Source: Auanema rhodensis
Taxonomy: Eukaryota; Animalia; Nematoda
NCBI GenBank assembly: GCA_964057225.1
Contig: OZ059896.1
Span: 2,790,001-2,854,000, forward strand
Direction of reading: 5' to 3'
Length of the DNA stretch: 64,000 bases
Below are positions 27,301-41,800 of this stretch, piece by piece. The position numbers and the translations under genes are program-made. Every line of letters starts with the position of its first letter. Position 1 is the stretch's first letter. The notes under the pieces are model-generated. The model saw only the letters and a program-made list of their open reading frames with translations. It searched no databases and was not told the DNA's origin.

Positions 27301-29026
27301 AATTTGTTTTTAAACTAATATGGACATGGGGAATCTAATTTTGAAAACCGTATCTCTTTATCTTTCACGTGAAGCGAGTTACATACCAAGTGCACATCAC
27401 GTGTACATTTAATTAGCATAAATTAAAGTTCACGTAAATTTCAAAGTCATGGTTACCATGCACCAATATTAATAAAAATTTGTTTTTAGATTAATATGGA
27501 CATGGGGAATCTAATTTTGAAAACCGCATCTCTTTATCTTTCACGTGAAGCGAGTTACATATAAAGTGCACATCACGTGTACATTTAATTAGCATAAATT
27601 AAAGTTCACGTAAATTTCAAAGTCATGGTTACCATGCACCAATATTAATAAAAATTTGTTTTTAGATTAATATGGACATGGGGAATCTAATTTTGAAAAC
27701 CGCATCTCTTTATCTTTCACGTGAAGCAAGTTACATACCAAGTGCACATCACGTGTACACTTAATTAGCATAAATTAAAGTTCACGTAAATTTCAAAGTC
27801 ATGGTTACCATGCACCAATATCAATAAAAATTGGTTTTTAGACTAATATGGACATGGGGAATCTAATTTTGAAAACCGCATCTCTTTATCTTTCACGTGA
27901 AGCGAGTTACATACCTAGTGCACATCACGTGTACATTTAATTAGCATAAATTAAAGTTCACGTAAATTTCAAAGACATGGTTACCATGAACCAATATCAA
28001 TAAAAATTTGTTTTTAAACTAATATGGACATGGGGAATCTAATTTTGAAAACCGCATCTCTTTATCTTTCACGTGAAGCGAGTTACATACCTAGTGCACA
28101 TCACGTGTACATTTAATTAGCATAAATTAAAGTTCACGTAAATTTCAAAGTCATGGTTACCATGAACCAATATCAATAAAAATTTGTTTTTAAACTAATA
28201 TGGACATGGGGAATCTAATTTTGAAAACCGCATCTCTTTATCTTTCACGTGAAGCGAGTTACATACCTAGTGCACATCACGTGTACATTTAATTAGCATA
28301 AATTAAAGTTCACGTAAATTTCAAAGTCATGGTTACCATGCACCAATATCAATAAAAATTTGTTTTTAAACTAATATGGACATGGGGAATCTAATTTTGA
28401 AAACCGTATCTCTTTATCTTTCACGTGAAGCGAGTTACATACCTAGTGCACATCACGTGTACATTTAATTAGCATAAATTAAAGTTCACGTAAATTTCAA
28501 AGTCATGGTTACCATGAACCAATATCAATAAAAATTTGTTTTTAAACTAATATGGACATGAGGAATCTAATTTTGAAAACCGCATCTCTTTATCTTTCAC
28601 GTGAAGCGAGTTACATACCTAGTGCACATCACGTGTACATTTAATTAGCATAAATTAAAGTTCACGTAAATTTCAAAGTCATGGTTACCATGAACCAATA
28701 TCAATAAAAATTTGTTTTTAGACTAATATGGACATGGGGAATCTAATTTTGAAAACCGCATCTCTTTATCTTTCACGTGAAGCGAGTTACATACCAAGTG
28801 CACATCACGTGTACATTTAATTAGCATAAATTAAAGTTCACGTAAATTTCAAAGTCATGGTTACCATGAACCAATATCAATAAAAATTTGTTTTTAGACT
28901 AATATGGACATGGGGAATCTAATTTTGAAAACCGCATCTCTTTATCTTTCACGTGAAGCGAGTTACATACCTAGTGCACATCACGTGTACATTTAATTAG
29001 CATAAATTAAAGTTCACGTAAATTTC

Positions 29027-32000
29027 AAAGTCATGGTTACCATGAACCAATATCAATAAAAATTTGTTTTTAGACTAATATGGACATGGGGAATCTAATT
29101 TTGAAAACCGCATCTCTTTATCTTTCACGTGAAGCGAGTTACATATAAAGTGCACATCACGTGTACATTTAATTAGCATAAATTAAAGTTCACGTAAATT
29201 TCAAAGTCATGGTTACCATGCACCAATATCAATAAAAATTTGTTTTTAGACTAATATGGACATGGGGAATCTAATTTTGAAAATCGCATCTCTTTATCTT
29301 TCACGTGAAGCGAGTTACATACCAAGTGCACATCACGTGTACATTTAATTAGCATAAATTAAAGTTCACGTAAATTTCAAAGTCATGGTTACCATGAACC
29401 AATATCAATAAAAATTTGTTATTAGACTAATATGGACATGGGGAATCTAATTTTGAAAACCGCATCTCTTTATCTTTCACGTGAAGCGAGTTACATATAA
29501 AGTGCACATCACGTGTACATTTAATTAGCATAAATTAAAGTTCACGTAAATTTCAAAGTCATGGTTACCATGCACCAATATTAATAAAAATTTGTTTTTA
29601 GATTAATATGGACATGGGGAATCTAATTTTGAAAACCGCATCTCTTTATCTTTCACGTGAAGCGAGTTACATACCAAGTGCACATCACGTGTACACTTAA
29701 TTAGCATAAATTAAAGTTCACGTAAATTTCAAAGTCATGGTTACCATGCACCAATATCAATAAAAATTTGTTTTTAGACTAATTTGAACATGGGGAATCT
29801 AATTTTGAAAACCGCATCTCTTTATCTTTCACATGAAGCGAGTTACATACCAAGTGCACATCACGTGTACATTTAATTAGCATAAATTAAAGTTCACGTA
29901 AATTTCAAAGTCATGGTTACCATGAACCAATATCAATAAAAATTTGTTTTTAGACTAATATGGACATGGGGAATCTAATTTTGGAAACCGCATCTCTTTA
30001 TTTTTCACGTGAAGCGAGTTACATACCAAGTGCACATCACGTGTACATTTAATTAGCATAAATTAAAGTTCACGTAAATTTCAAAGTCATGGTTACCATG
30101 CACCAATATCAATAAAAATTTGTTTTTAGACTAATATGGACATGGGGAATCTAATTTTGAAAACCGCATCTCTTTATCTTTCACGTGAAGCGAGTTACAT
30201 ACCTAGTGCACATCACGTGTACATTTAATTAGCATAAATTAAAGTTCACGTAAATTTCAAAGTCATGGTTACCATGAACCAATATCAATAAAAATTTGTT
30301 TTTAGACTAATATGGACATGGGGAATCTAATTTTGAAAACCGCATCTCTTTATCTTTCACGTGAAGCGAGTTACATATAAAGTGCACATCACGTGTACAT
30401 TTAATTAGCATAAATTAAAGTTCACGTAAATTTCAAAGTCATGGTTACCATGCACCAATATCAATAAAAATTTGTTTTTAGACTAATATGGACATGGGGA
30501 ATCTAATTTTGAAAATCGCATCTCTTTATCTTTCACGTGAAGCGAGTTACATACCAAGTGCACATCACGTGTACATTTAATTAGCATAAATTAAAGTTCA
30601 CGTAAATTTCAAAGTCATGGTTACCATGAACCAATATCAATAAAAATTTGTTATTAGACTAATATGGACATGGGGAATCTAATTTTGAAAACCGCATCTC
30701 TTTATCTTTCACGTGAAGCGAGTTACATATAAAGTGCACATCACGTGTACATTTAATTAGCATAAATTAAAGTTCACGTAAATTTCAAAGTCATGGTTAC
30801 CATGCACCAATATTAATAAAAATTTGTTTTTAGATTAATATGGACATGGGGAATCTAATTTTGAAAACCGCATCTCTTTATCTTTCACGTGAAGCGAGTT
30901 ACATACCAAGTGCACATCACGTGTACACTTAATTAGCATAAATTAAAGTTCACGTAAATTTCAAAGTCATGGTTACCATGCACCAATATCAATAAAAATT
31001 TGTTTTTAGACTAATTTGAACATGGGGAATCTAATTTTGAAAACCGCATCTCTTTATCTTTCACGTGAAGCGAGTTACATACCAAGTGCACATCACGTGT
31101 ACATTTAATTAGCATAAATTAAAGTTCACGTAAATTTCAAAGTCATGGTTACCATGAACCAATATCAATAAAAATTTGTTTTTAGACTAATATGGACATG
31201 GGGAATCTAATTTTGGAAACCGCATCTCTTTATTTTTCACGTGAAGCGAGTTACATACCAAGTGCACATCACGTGTACATTTAATTAGCATAAATTAAAG
31301 TTCACGTAAATTTCAAAGTCATGGTTACCATGCACCAATATCAATAAAAATTTGTTTTTAGACTAATATGGACATGGGGAATCTAATTTTAAAAATCGCA
31401 TCTCTTTATCTTTCACGTGAAGCGAGTTACATACCAAGTGCACATCACGTGTACATTTAATTAGCATAAATTAAAGTTCACGTAAATTTCAAAGTCATGG
31501 TTACCATGAACCAATATCAATAAAAATTTGTTTTTAGACTAATATGGACATGGGGAATCTAATTTTGAAAACCGCATCTCTTTATCTTTCACGTGAAGCG
31601 AGTTACATATAAAGTGCACATCACGTGTACATTTAATTAGCATAAATTAAAGTTCACGTAAATTTCAAAGTCATGGTTACCATGCACCAATATCAATAAA
31701 AATTTGTTTTTAGACTAATATGGACATGGGGAATCTAATTTTGAAAATCGCATCTCTTTATCTTTCACGTGAAGCGAGTTACATACCAAGTGCACATCAC
31801 GTGTACATTTAATTAGCATAAATTAAAGTTCACGTAAATTTCAAAGTCATGGTTACCATGAACCAATATCAATAAAAATTTGTTATTAGACTAATATGGA
31901 CATGGGGAATCTAATTTTGAAAACCGCATCTCTTTATCTTTCACGTGAAGCGAGTTACATATAAAGTGCACATCACGTGTACATTTAATTAGCATAAATT

Positions 32001-32898
32001 AAAGTTCACGTAAATTTCAAAGTCATGGTTACCATGCACCAATATTAATAAAAATTTGTTTTTAGATTAATATGGACATGGGGAATCTAATTTTGAAAAC
32101 CGCATCTCTTTATCTTTCACGTGAAGCGAGTTACATACCAAGTGCACATCACGTGTACACTTAATTAGCATAAATTAAAGTTCACGTAAATTTCAAAGTC
32201 ATGGTTACCATGCACCAATATCAATAAAAATTTGTTTTTAGACTAATTTGAACATGGGGAATCTAATTTTGAAAACCGCATCTCTTTATCTTTCACGTGA
32301 AGCGAGTTACATACCAAGTGCACATCACGTGTACATTTAATTAGCATAAATTAAAGTTCACGTAAATTTCAAAGTCATGGTTACCATGAACCAATATCAA
32401 TAAAAATTTGTTTTTAGACTAATATGGACATGGGGAATCTAATTTTGGAAACCGCATCTCTTTATTTTTCACGTGAAGCGAGTTACATACCAAGTGCACA
32501 TCACGTGTACATTTAATTAGCATAAATTAAAGTTCACGTAAATTTCAAAGTCATGGTTACCATGCACCAATATCAATAAAAATTTGTTTTTAGACTAATA
32601 TGGACATGGGGAATCTAATTTTAAAAATCGCATCTCTTTATCTTTCACGTGAAGCGAGTTACATACCAAGTGCACATCACGTGTACATTTAATTAGCATA
32701 AATTAAAGTTCACGTAAATTTCAAAGTCATGGTTACCATGAACCAATATCAATAAAAATTTGTTTTTAGACTAATATGGACATGGGGAATCTAATTTTGA
32801 AAACCGCATCTCTTTATCTTTCACGTGAAGCGAGTTACATATAAAGTGCACATCACGTGTACATTTAATTAGCATAAATTAAAGTTCACGTAAATTTC
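29027..32898. repeat. Three-copy 7-monomer repeat (period 1232 bp)
   Basis: TTGTTATTAG marker in monomers 29379, 30611 and 31843; TTTTAAAAATCG in 31315 and 32547. Confidence 0.9.
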
Positions 32899-35800
32899 AA
32901 AGTCATGGTTACCATGCACCAATATTAATAAAAATTTGTTTTTAGATTAATATGGACATGGGGAATCTAATTTTGAAAACCGCATCTCTTTATCTTTCAC
33001 GTGAAGCGAGTTACATACCAAGTGCACATCACGTGTACACTTAATTAGCATAAATTAAAGTTCACGTAAATTTCAAAGTCATGGTTACCATGCACCAATA
33101 TCAATAAAAATTGGTTTTTAGACTAATATGGACATGGGGAATCTAATTTTGAAAACCGCATCTCTTTATCTTTCACGTGAAGCGAGTTACATACCAAGTG
33201 CACATCACGTGTACATTTAATTAGCATAAATTAAAGTTCACGTAAATTTCAAAGTCATGGTTACCATGCACCAATATCAATAAAAATTCGTTTTTAGACT
33301 AATTTGGACATGGGGAATCTAATTTTGAAAACCGCATCTCTTTATCTTTCACGTGAAGCGAGTTACATACCGAGTGCACATCACGTGTACATTTAATTAG
33401 CATAAATTAAAGTTCACGTAAATTTCAAAGTCATGGTTACCATGCACCAATATCAATAAAAATTTGTTTTTAGACTAATATGGACATGGGGAATCTAATT
33501 TTGAAAATCGCATCTCTTTATCTTTCACGTGAAGCGAGTTACATACCAAGTGCACATCACGTGTACACTTAATTAGCATAAATTAAAGTTCACGTAAATT
33601 TCAAAGTCATGGTTACCATGCACCAATATCAATAAAAATTTGTTTTTAGACTAATTTGAACATGGGGAATCTAATTTTGAAAACCGCATCTCTTTATCTT
33701 TCACGTGAAGCGAGTTACATACCAAGTGCACATCACGTGTACATTTAATTAGCATAAATTAAAGTTCACGTAAATTTCAAAGTCATGGTTACCATGAACC
33801 AATATCAATAAAAATTTGTTTTTAGACTAATATGGACATGGGGAATCTAATTTTGGAAACCGCATCTCTTTATTTTTCACGTGAAGCGAGTTACATACCA
33901 AGTGCACATCACGTGTACATTTAATTAGCATAAATTAAAGTTCACGTAAATTTCAAAGTCATGGTTACCATGCACCAATATCAATAAAAATTTGTTTTTA
34001 GACTAATATGGACATGGGGAATCTAATTTTGAAAATCGCATCTCTTTTTCTTTCACGTGAAGCGAGTTACATACCAAGTGCACATCACGTGTACATTTAA
34101 TTAGCATAAATTAAAGTTCACGTAAATTTCAAAGTCATGGTTACCATGAACCAATATCAATAAAAATTTGTTTTTAGACTAATATGGACATGGGGAATCT
34201 AATTTTGAAAACCGCATCTCTTTATCTTTCACGTGAAGCGAGTTACATATAAAGTGCACATCACGTGTACATTTAATTAGCATAAATTAAAGTTCACGTA
34301 AATTTCAAAGTCATGGTTACCATGCACCAATATTAATAAAAATTTGTTTTTAGATTAATATGGACATGGGGAATCTAATTTTGAAAACCGCATCTCTTTA
34401 TCTTTCACGTGAAGCGAGTTACATACCAAGTGCACATCACGTGTACACTTAATTAGCATAAATTAAAGTTCACGTAAATTTCAAAGTCATGGTTACCATG
34501 CACCAATATCAATAAAAACTGGTTTTTAGACTAATATGGACATGGGGAATCTAATTTTGAAAACCGCATCTCTTTATCTTTCACGTGAAGCGAGTTACAT
34601 ACCAAGTGCACATCACGTGTACATTTAATTAGCATAAATTAAAGTTCACGTAAATTTCAAAGTCATGGTTACCATGCACCAATATCAATAAAAATTCGTT
34701 TTTAGACTAATTTGGACATGGGGAATCTAATTTTGAAAACCGCATCTCTTTATCTTTCACGTGAAGCGAGTTACATACCGAGTGCACATCACGTGTACAT
34801 TTAATTAGCATAAATTAAAGTTCACGTAAATTTCAAAGTCATGGTTACCATGAACCAATATCAATAAAAATTTGTTTTTAGACTAATATGGACATGGGGA
34901 ATCTAATTTTGGAAACCGCATCTCTTTATTTTTCACGTGAAGCGAGTTACATACCAAGTGCACATCACGTGTACATTTAATTAGCATAAATTAAAGTTCA
35001 CGTAAATTTCAAAGTCATGGTTACCATGCACCAATATCAATAAAAATTTGTTTTTAGACTAATATGGACATGGGGAATCTAATTTTGAAAATCGCATCTC
35101 TTTATCTTTCACGTGAAGCGAGTTACATACCAAGTGCACATCACGTGTACATTTAATTAGCATAAATTAAAGTTCACGTAAATTTCAAAGTCATGGTTAC
35201 CATGAACCAATATCAATAAAAATTTGTTTTTAGACTAATATGGACATGGGGAATCTAATTTTGAAAATCGCATCTCTTTATCTCTCACGTGAAGCGAGTT
35301 ACATATAAAGTGCACATCACGTGTACATTTAATTAGCATAAATTAAAGTTCACGTAAATTTCAAAGTCATGGTTACCATGCACCAATATTAATAAAAATT
35401 TGTTTTTAGATTAATATGGACATGGGGAATCTAATTTTGAAAACCGCATCTCTTTATCTTTCACGTGAAGCGAGTTACATACCAAGTGCACATCACGTGT
35501 ACATTTAATTAGCATAAATTAAAGTTCACGTAAATTTCAAAGTCATGGTTACCATGCACCAATATCAATAAAAATTCGTTTTTAGACTAATTTGGACATG
35601 GGGAATCTAATTTTGAAAACCGCATCTCTTTATCTTTCACGTGAAGCGAGTTACATACCGAGTGCACATCACGTGTACATTTAATTAGCATAAATTAAAG
35701 TTCACGTAAATTTCAAAGTCATGGTTACCATGAACCAATATCAATAAAAATTTGTTTTTAGACTAATATGGACATGGGGAATCTAATTTTGGAAACCGCA

Positions 35801-38800
35801 TCTCTTTATTTTTCACGTGAAGCGAGTTACATACCAAGTGCACATCACGTGTACATTTAATTAGCATAAATTAAAGTTCACGTAAATTTCAAAGTCATGG
35901 TTACCATGCACCAATATCAATAAAAATTTGTTTTTAGACTAATATGGACATGGGGAATCTAATTTTGAAAATCGCATCTCTTTATCTTTCACGTGAAGCG
36001 AGTTACATACCAAGTGCACATCACGTGTACATTTAATTAGCATAAATTAAAGTTCACGTAAATTTCAAAGTCATGGTTACCATGAACCAATATCAATAAA
36101 AATTTGTTTTTAGACTAATATGGACATGGGGAATCTAATTTTGAAAACCGCATCTCTTTATCTTTCACGTGAAGCGAGTTACATATAAAGTGCACATCAC
36201 GTGTACATTTAATTAGCATAAATTAAAGTTCACGTAAATTTCAAAGTCATGGTTACCATGCACCAATATTAATAAAAATTTGTTTTTAGATTAATATGGA
36301 CATGGGGAATCTAATTTTGAAAACCGCATCTCTTTATCTTTCACGTGAAGCGAGTTACATACCAAGTGCACATCACGTGTACACTTAATTAGCATAAATT
36401 AAAGTTCACGTAAATTTCAAAGTCATGGTTACCATGCACCAATATCAATAAAAATTGGTTTTTAGACTAATATGGACATGGGGAATCTAATTTTGAAAAC
36501 CGCATCTCTTTATCTTTCACGTGAAGCGAGTTACATACCAAGTGCACATCACGTGTACATTTAATTAGCATAAATTAAAGTTCACGTAAATTTCAAAGTC
36601 ATGGTTACCATGCACCAATATCAATAAAAATTCGTTTTTAGACTAATTTGGACATGGGGAATCTAATTTTGAAAACCGCATCTCTTTATCTTTCACGTGA
36701 AGCGAGTTACATACCGAGTGCACATCACGTGTACATTTAATTAGCATAAATTAAAGTTCACGTAAATTTCAAAGTCATGGTTACCATGAACCAATATCAA
36801 TAAAAATTTGTTTTTAGACTAATATGGACATGGGGAATCTAATTTTGAAAACCGCATCTCTTTATCTTTCACGTGAAGCGAGTTACATATAAAGTGCACA
36901 TCACGTGTACATTTAATTAGCATAAATTAAAGTTCACGTAAATTTCAAAGTCATGGTTACCATGCACCAATATTAATAAAAATTTGTTTTTAGATTAATA
37001 TGGACATGGGGAATCTAATTTTGAAAACCGCATCTCTTTATCTTTCACGTGAAGCGAGTTACATACCAAGTGCACATCACGTGTACACTTAATTAGCATA
37101 AATTAATGTTCACGTAAATTTCAAAGTCATGGTTACCATGCACCAATATCAATAAAAATTGGTTTTTAGACTAATATGGACATGGGGAATCTAATTTTGA
37201 AAACCGCATCTCTTTATCTTTCACGTGAAGCGAGTTACATACCAAGTGCACATCACGTGTACATTTAATTAGCATAAATTAAAGTTCACGTAAATTTCAA
37301 AGTCATGGTTACCATGCACCAATATCAATAAAAATTCGTTTTTAGACTAATTTGGACATGGGGAATCTAATTTTGAAAACCGCATCTCTTTATCTTTCAC
37401 GTGAAGCGAGTTACATACCGAGTGCACATCACGTGTACATTTAATTAGCATAAATTAAAGTTCACGTAAATTTCAAAGTCATGGTTACCATGAACCAATA
37501 TCAATAAAAAATTGTTTTTAGACTAATATGGACATGGGGAATCTAATTTTGAAAATCGCATCTCTTTATCTTTCACGTGAAGCGAGTTACATATAAAGTG
37601 CACATCACGTGTACATTTAATTAGCATAAATTAAAGTTCACGTAAATTTCAAAGTCATGGTTACCATGCACCAATATTAATAAAAATTTGTTTTTAGATT
37701 AATATGGACATGGGGAATCTAATTTTGAAAACCGCATCTCTTTATCTTTCACGTGAAGCGAGTTACATACCAAGTGCACATCACGTGTACATTTAATTAG
37801 CATAAATTAAAGTTCACGTAAATTTCAAAGTCATGGTTACCATGCACCAATATCAATAAAAATTTGTTTTTAGACTAATATGGACATGGGGAATCTAATT
37901 TTGGAAACCGCATCTCTTTATTTTTCACGTGAAGCGAGTTACATACCGAGTGCACATCACGTGTACATTTAATTAGCATAAATTAAAGTTCACGTAAATT
38001 TCAAAGTCATGGTTACCATGCACCAATATCAATAAAAATTTGTTTTTAGACTAATATGGACATGGGGAATCTAATTTTGGAAACCGCATCTCTTTATTTT
38101 TCACGTGAAGCGAGTTACATACCAAGTGCACATCACGTGTACATTTAATTAGCATAAATTAAAGTTCACGTAAATTTCAAAGTCATGGTTACCATGCACC
38201 AATATCAATAAAAATTTGTTTTTAGACTAATATGGACATGGGGAATCTAATTTTGAAAATCGCATCTCTTTATCTTTCACGTGAAGCGAGTTACATACCA
38301 AGTGCACATCACGTGTACATTTAATTAGCATAAATTAAAGTTCACGTAAATTTCAAAGTCATGGTTACCATGAACCAATATCAATAAAAATTTGTTTTTA
38401 GACTAATATGGACATGGGGAATCTAATTTTGAAAATCGCATCTCTTTATCTTTCACGTGAAGCGAGTTACATACCAAGTGCACATCACGTGTACATTTAA
38501 TTAGCATAAATTAAAGTTCACGTAAATTTCAAAGTCATGGTTACCATGCACCAATATCAATAAAAATTTGTTTTTAGACTAATATGGACATGGGGAATCT
38601 AATTTTGAAAATCGCATCTCTTTATCTCTCACGTGAAGCGAGTTACATATAAAGTGCACATCACGTGTACATTTAATTAGCATAAATTAAAGTTCACGTA
38701 AATTTCAAAGTCATGGTTACCATGCACCAATATTAATAAAAATTTGTTTTTAGATTAATATGGACATGGGGAATCTAATTTTGAAAACCGCATCTCTTTA

Positions 38801-41800
38801 TCTTTCACGTGAAGCGAGTTACATACCAAGTGCACATCACGTGTACATTTAATTAGCATAAATTAAAGTTCACGTAAATTTCAAAGTCATGGTTACCATG
38901 CACCAATATCAATAAAAATTTGTTTTTAGACTAATATGGACATGGGGAATCTAATTTTGAAAATCGCATCTCTTTATCTTTCACGTGAAGCGAGTTACAT
39001 ACCAAGTGCACATCACGTGTACATTTAATTAGCATAAATTAAAGTTCACGTAAATTTCAAAGTCATGGTTACCATGCACCAATATTAATAAAAATTTGTT
39101 TTTAGATTAATATGGACATGGGGAATCTAATTTTGAAAACCGCATCTCTTTATCTTTCACGTGAAGCGAGTTACATACCAAGTGCACATCACGTGTACAT
39201 TTAATTAGCATAAATTAAAGTTCACGTAAATTTCAAAGTCATGGTTACCATGCACCAATATCAATAAAAATTCGTTTTTAGACTAATTTGGACATGGGGA
39301 ATCTAATTTTGAAAACCGCATCTCTTTATCTTTCACGTGAAGCGAGTTACATACCGAGTGCACATCACGTGTACATTTAATTAGCATAAATTAAAGTTCA
39401 CGTAAATTTCAAAGTCATGGTTACCATGAACCAATATCAATAAAAATTTGTTTTTAGACTAATATGGACATGGGGAATCTAATTTTGGAAACCGCATCTC
39501 TTTATTTTTCACGTGAAGCGAGTTACATACCAAGTGCACATCACGTGTACATTTAATTAGCATAAATTAAAGTTCACGTAAATTTCAAAGTCATGGTTAC
39601 CATGCACCAATATCAATAAAAATTTGTTTTTAGACTAATATGGACATGGGGAATCTAATTTTGAAAATCGCATCTCTTTATCTTTCACGTGAAGCGAGTT
39701 ACATACCAAGTGCACATCACGTGTACATTTAATTAGCATAAATTAAAGTTCACGTAAATTTCAAAGTCATGGTTACCATGAACCAATATCAATAAAAATT
39801 TGTTTTTAGACTAATATGGACATGGGGAATCTAATTTTGAAAACCGCATCTCTTTATCTCTCACGTGAAGCGAGTTACCTATAAAGTGCACATCACGTGT
39901 ACATTTAATTAGCATAAATTAAAGTTCACGTAAATTTCAAAGTCATGGTTACCATGCACCAATATTAATAAAAATTTGTTTTTAGATTAATATGGACATG
40001 GGGAATCTAATTTTGAAAACCGCATCTCTTTATCTTTCACGTGAAGCGAGTTACATACCAAGTGCACATCACGTGTACACTTAATTAGCATAAATTAATG
40101 TTCACGTAAATTTCAAAGTCATGGTTACCATGCACCAATATCAATAAAAATTGGTTTTTAGACTAATATGGACATGGGGAATCTAATTTTGAAAACCGCA
40201 TCTCTTTATCTTTCACGTGAAGCGAGTTACATACCAAGTGCACATCACGTGTACATTTAATTAGCATAAATTAAAGTTCACGTAAATTTCAAAGTCATGG
40301 TTACCATGCACCAATATCAATAAAAATTCGTTTTTAGACTAATTTGGACATGGGGAATCTAATTTTGAAAACCGCATCTCTTTATCTTTCACGTGAAGCG
40401 AGTTACATACCGAGTGCACATCACGTGTACATTTAATTAGCATAAATTAAAGTTCACGTAAATTTCAAAGTCATGGTTACCATGAACCAATATCAATAAA
40501 AATTCGTTTTTAGACTAATTTGGACATGGGGAATCTAATTTTGAAAACCGCATCTCTTTATCTTTCACGTGAAGCGAGTTACATACCAAGTGCACATCAC
40601 GTGTACACTTAAATAGCATAAATTAAAGTTCACGTAAATTTCAAAGTCATGGTTACCATGCACCAATATCAATAAAAATTCGTTTTTAGACTAATTTGGA
40701 CATGGGGAATCTAATTTTGAAAACCGCATCTCTTTATCTCTCACGTGAAGCGAGTTACCTATAAAGTGCACATCACGTGTACATTTAATTAGCATAAATT
40801 AAAGTTCACGTAAATTTCAAAGTCATGGTTACCATGCACCAATATCAATAAAAATTCGTTTTTAGACTAATATGGACATGGGGAATCTAATTTTGAAAAC
40901 CGCATCTCTTTATCTTTCACGTGAAGCGAGTTACATACCAAGTGCACATCACGTGTACATTTAATTAGCATAAATTAAAGTTCACGTAAATTTCAAAGTC
41001 ATGGTTACCATGCACCAATATCAATAAAAATTCGTTTTTAGACTAATTTGGACATGGGGAATCTAATTTTGAAAACCGCATCTCTTTATCTTTCACGTGA
41101 AGCGAGTTACATACCGAGTGCACATCACGTGTACATTTAATTAGCATAAATTAAAGTTCACGTAAATTTCAAAGTCATGGTTACCATGAACCAATATCAA
41201 TAAAAATTTGTTTTTAGACTAATATGGACATGGGGAATCTAATTTTGAAAACCGCATCTCTTTATCTCTCACGTGAAGCGAGTTACCTATAAAGTGCACA
41301 TCACGTGTACATTTAATTAGCATAAATTAAAGTTCACGTAAATTTCAAAGTCATGGTTACCATGCACCAATATCAATAAAAATTTGTTTTTAGACTAATA
41401 TGGACATGGGGAATCTAATTTTGAAAATCGCATCTCTTTATCTTTCACGTGAAGCGAGTTACATACCAAGTGCACATCACGTGTACATTTAATTAGCATA
41501 AATTAAAGTTCACGTAAATTTCAAAGTCATGGTTACCATGAACCAATATCAATAAAAATTTGTTTTTAGACTAATATGGACATGGGGAATCTAATTTTGA
41601 AAACCGCATCTCTTTATCTTTCACGTGAAGCGAGTTACATATAAAGTGCACATCACGTGTACATTTAATTAGCATAAATTAAAGTTCACGTAAATTTCAA
41701 AGTCATGGTTACCATGCACCAATATCAATAAAAATTCGTTTTTAGACTAATTTGGACATGGGGAATCTAATTTTGAAAACCGCATCTCTTTATCTTTCAC

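Larger units (their letters stand above)
1..30258. repeat. Domain I: mosaic of the 47A/122T (TTTAAACT...ACCTAG) subfamily and A-F HOR monomers
   Basis: Runs of AAACT/CCTAG monomers at about 1-704, 7393-8270, 9151-13012, 15301-17586, 20931-21458, 22867-23394 and 25.0-28.7 kb alternate with runs of AGACT monomers. The last CCTAG before the long gap is in the monomer at 30083. Confidence 0.85.
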
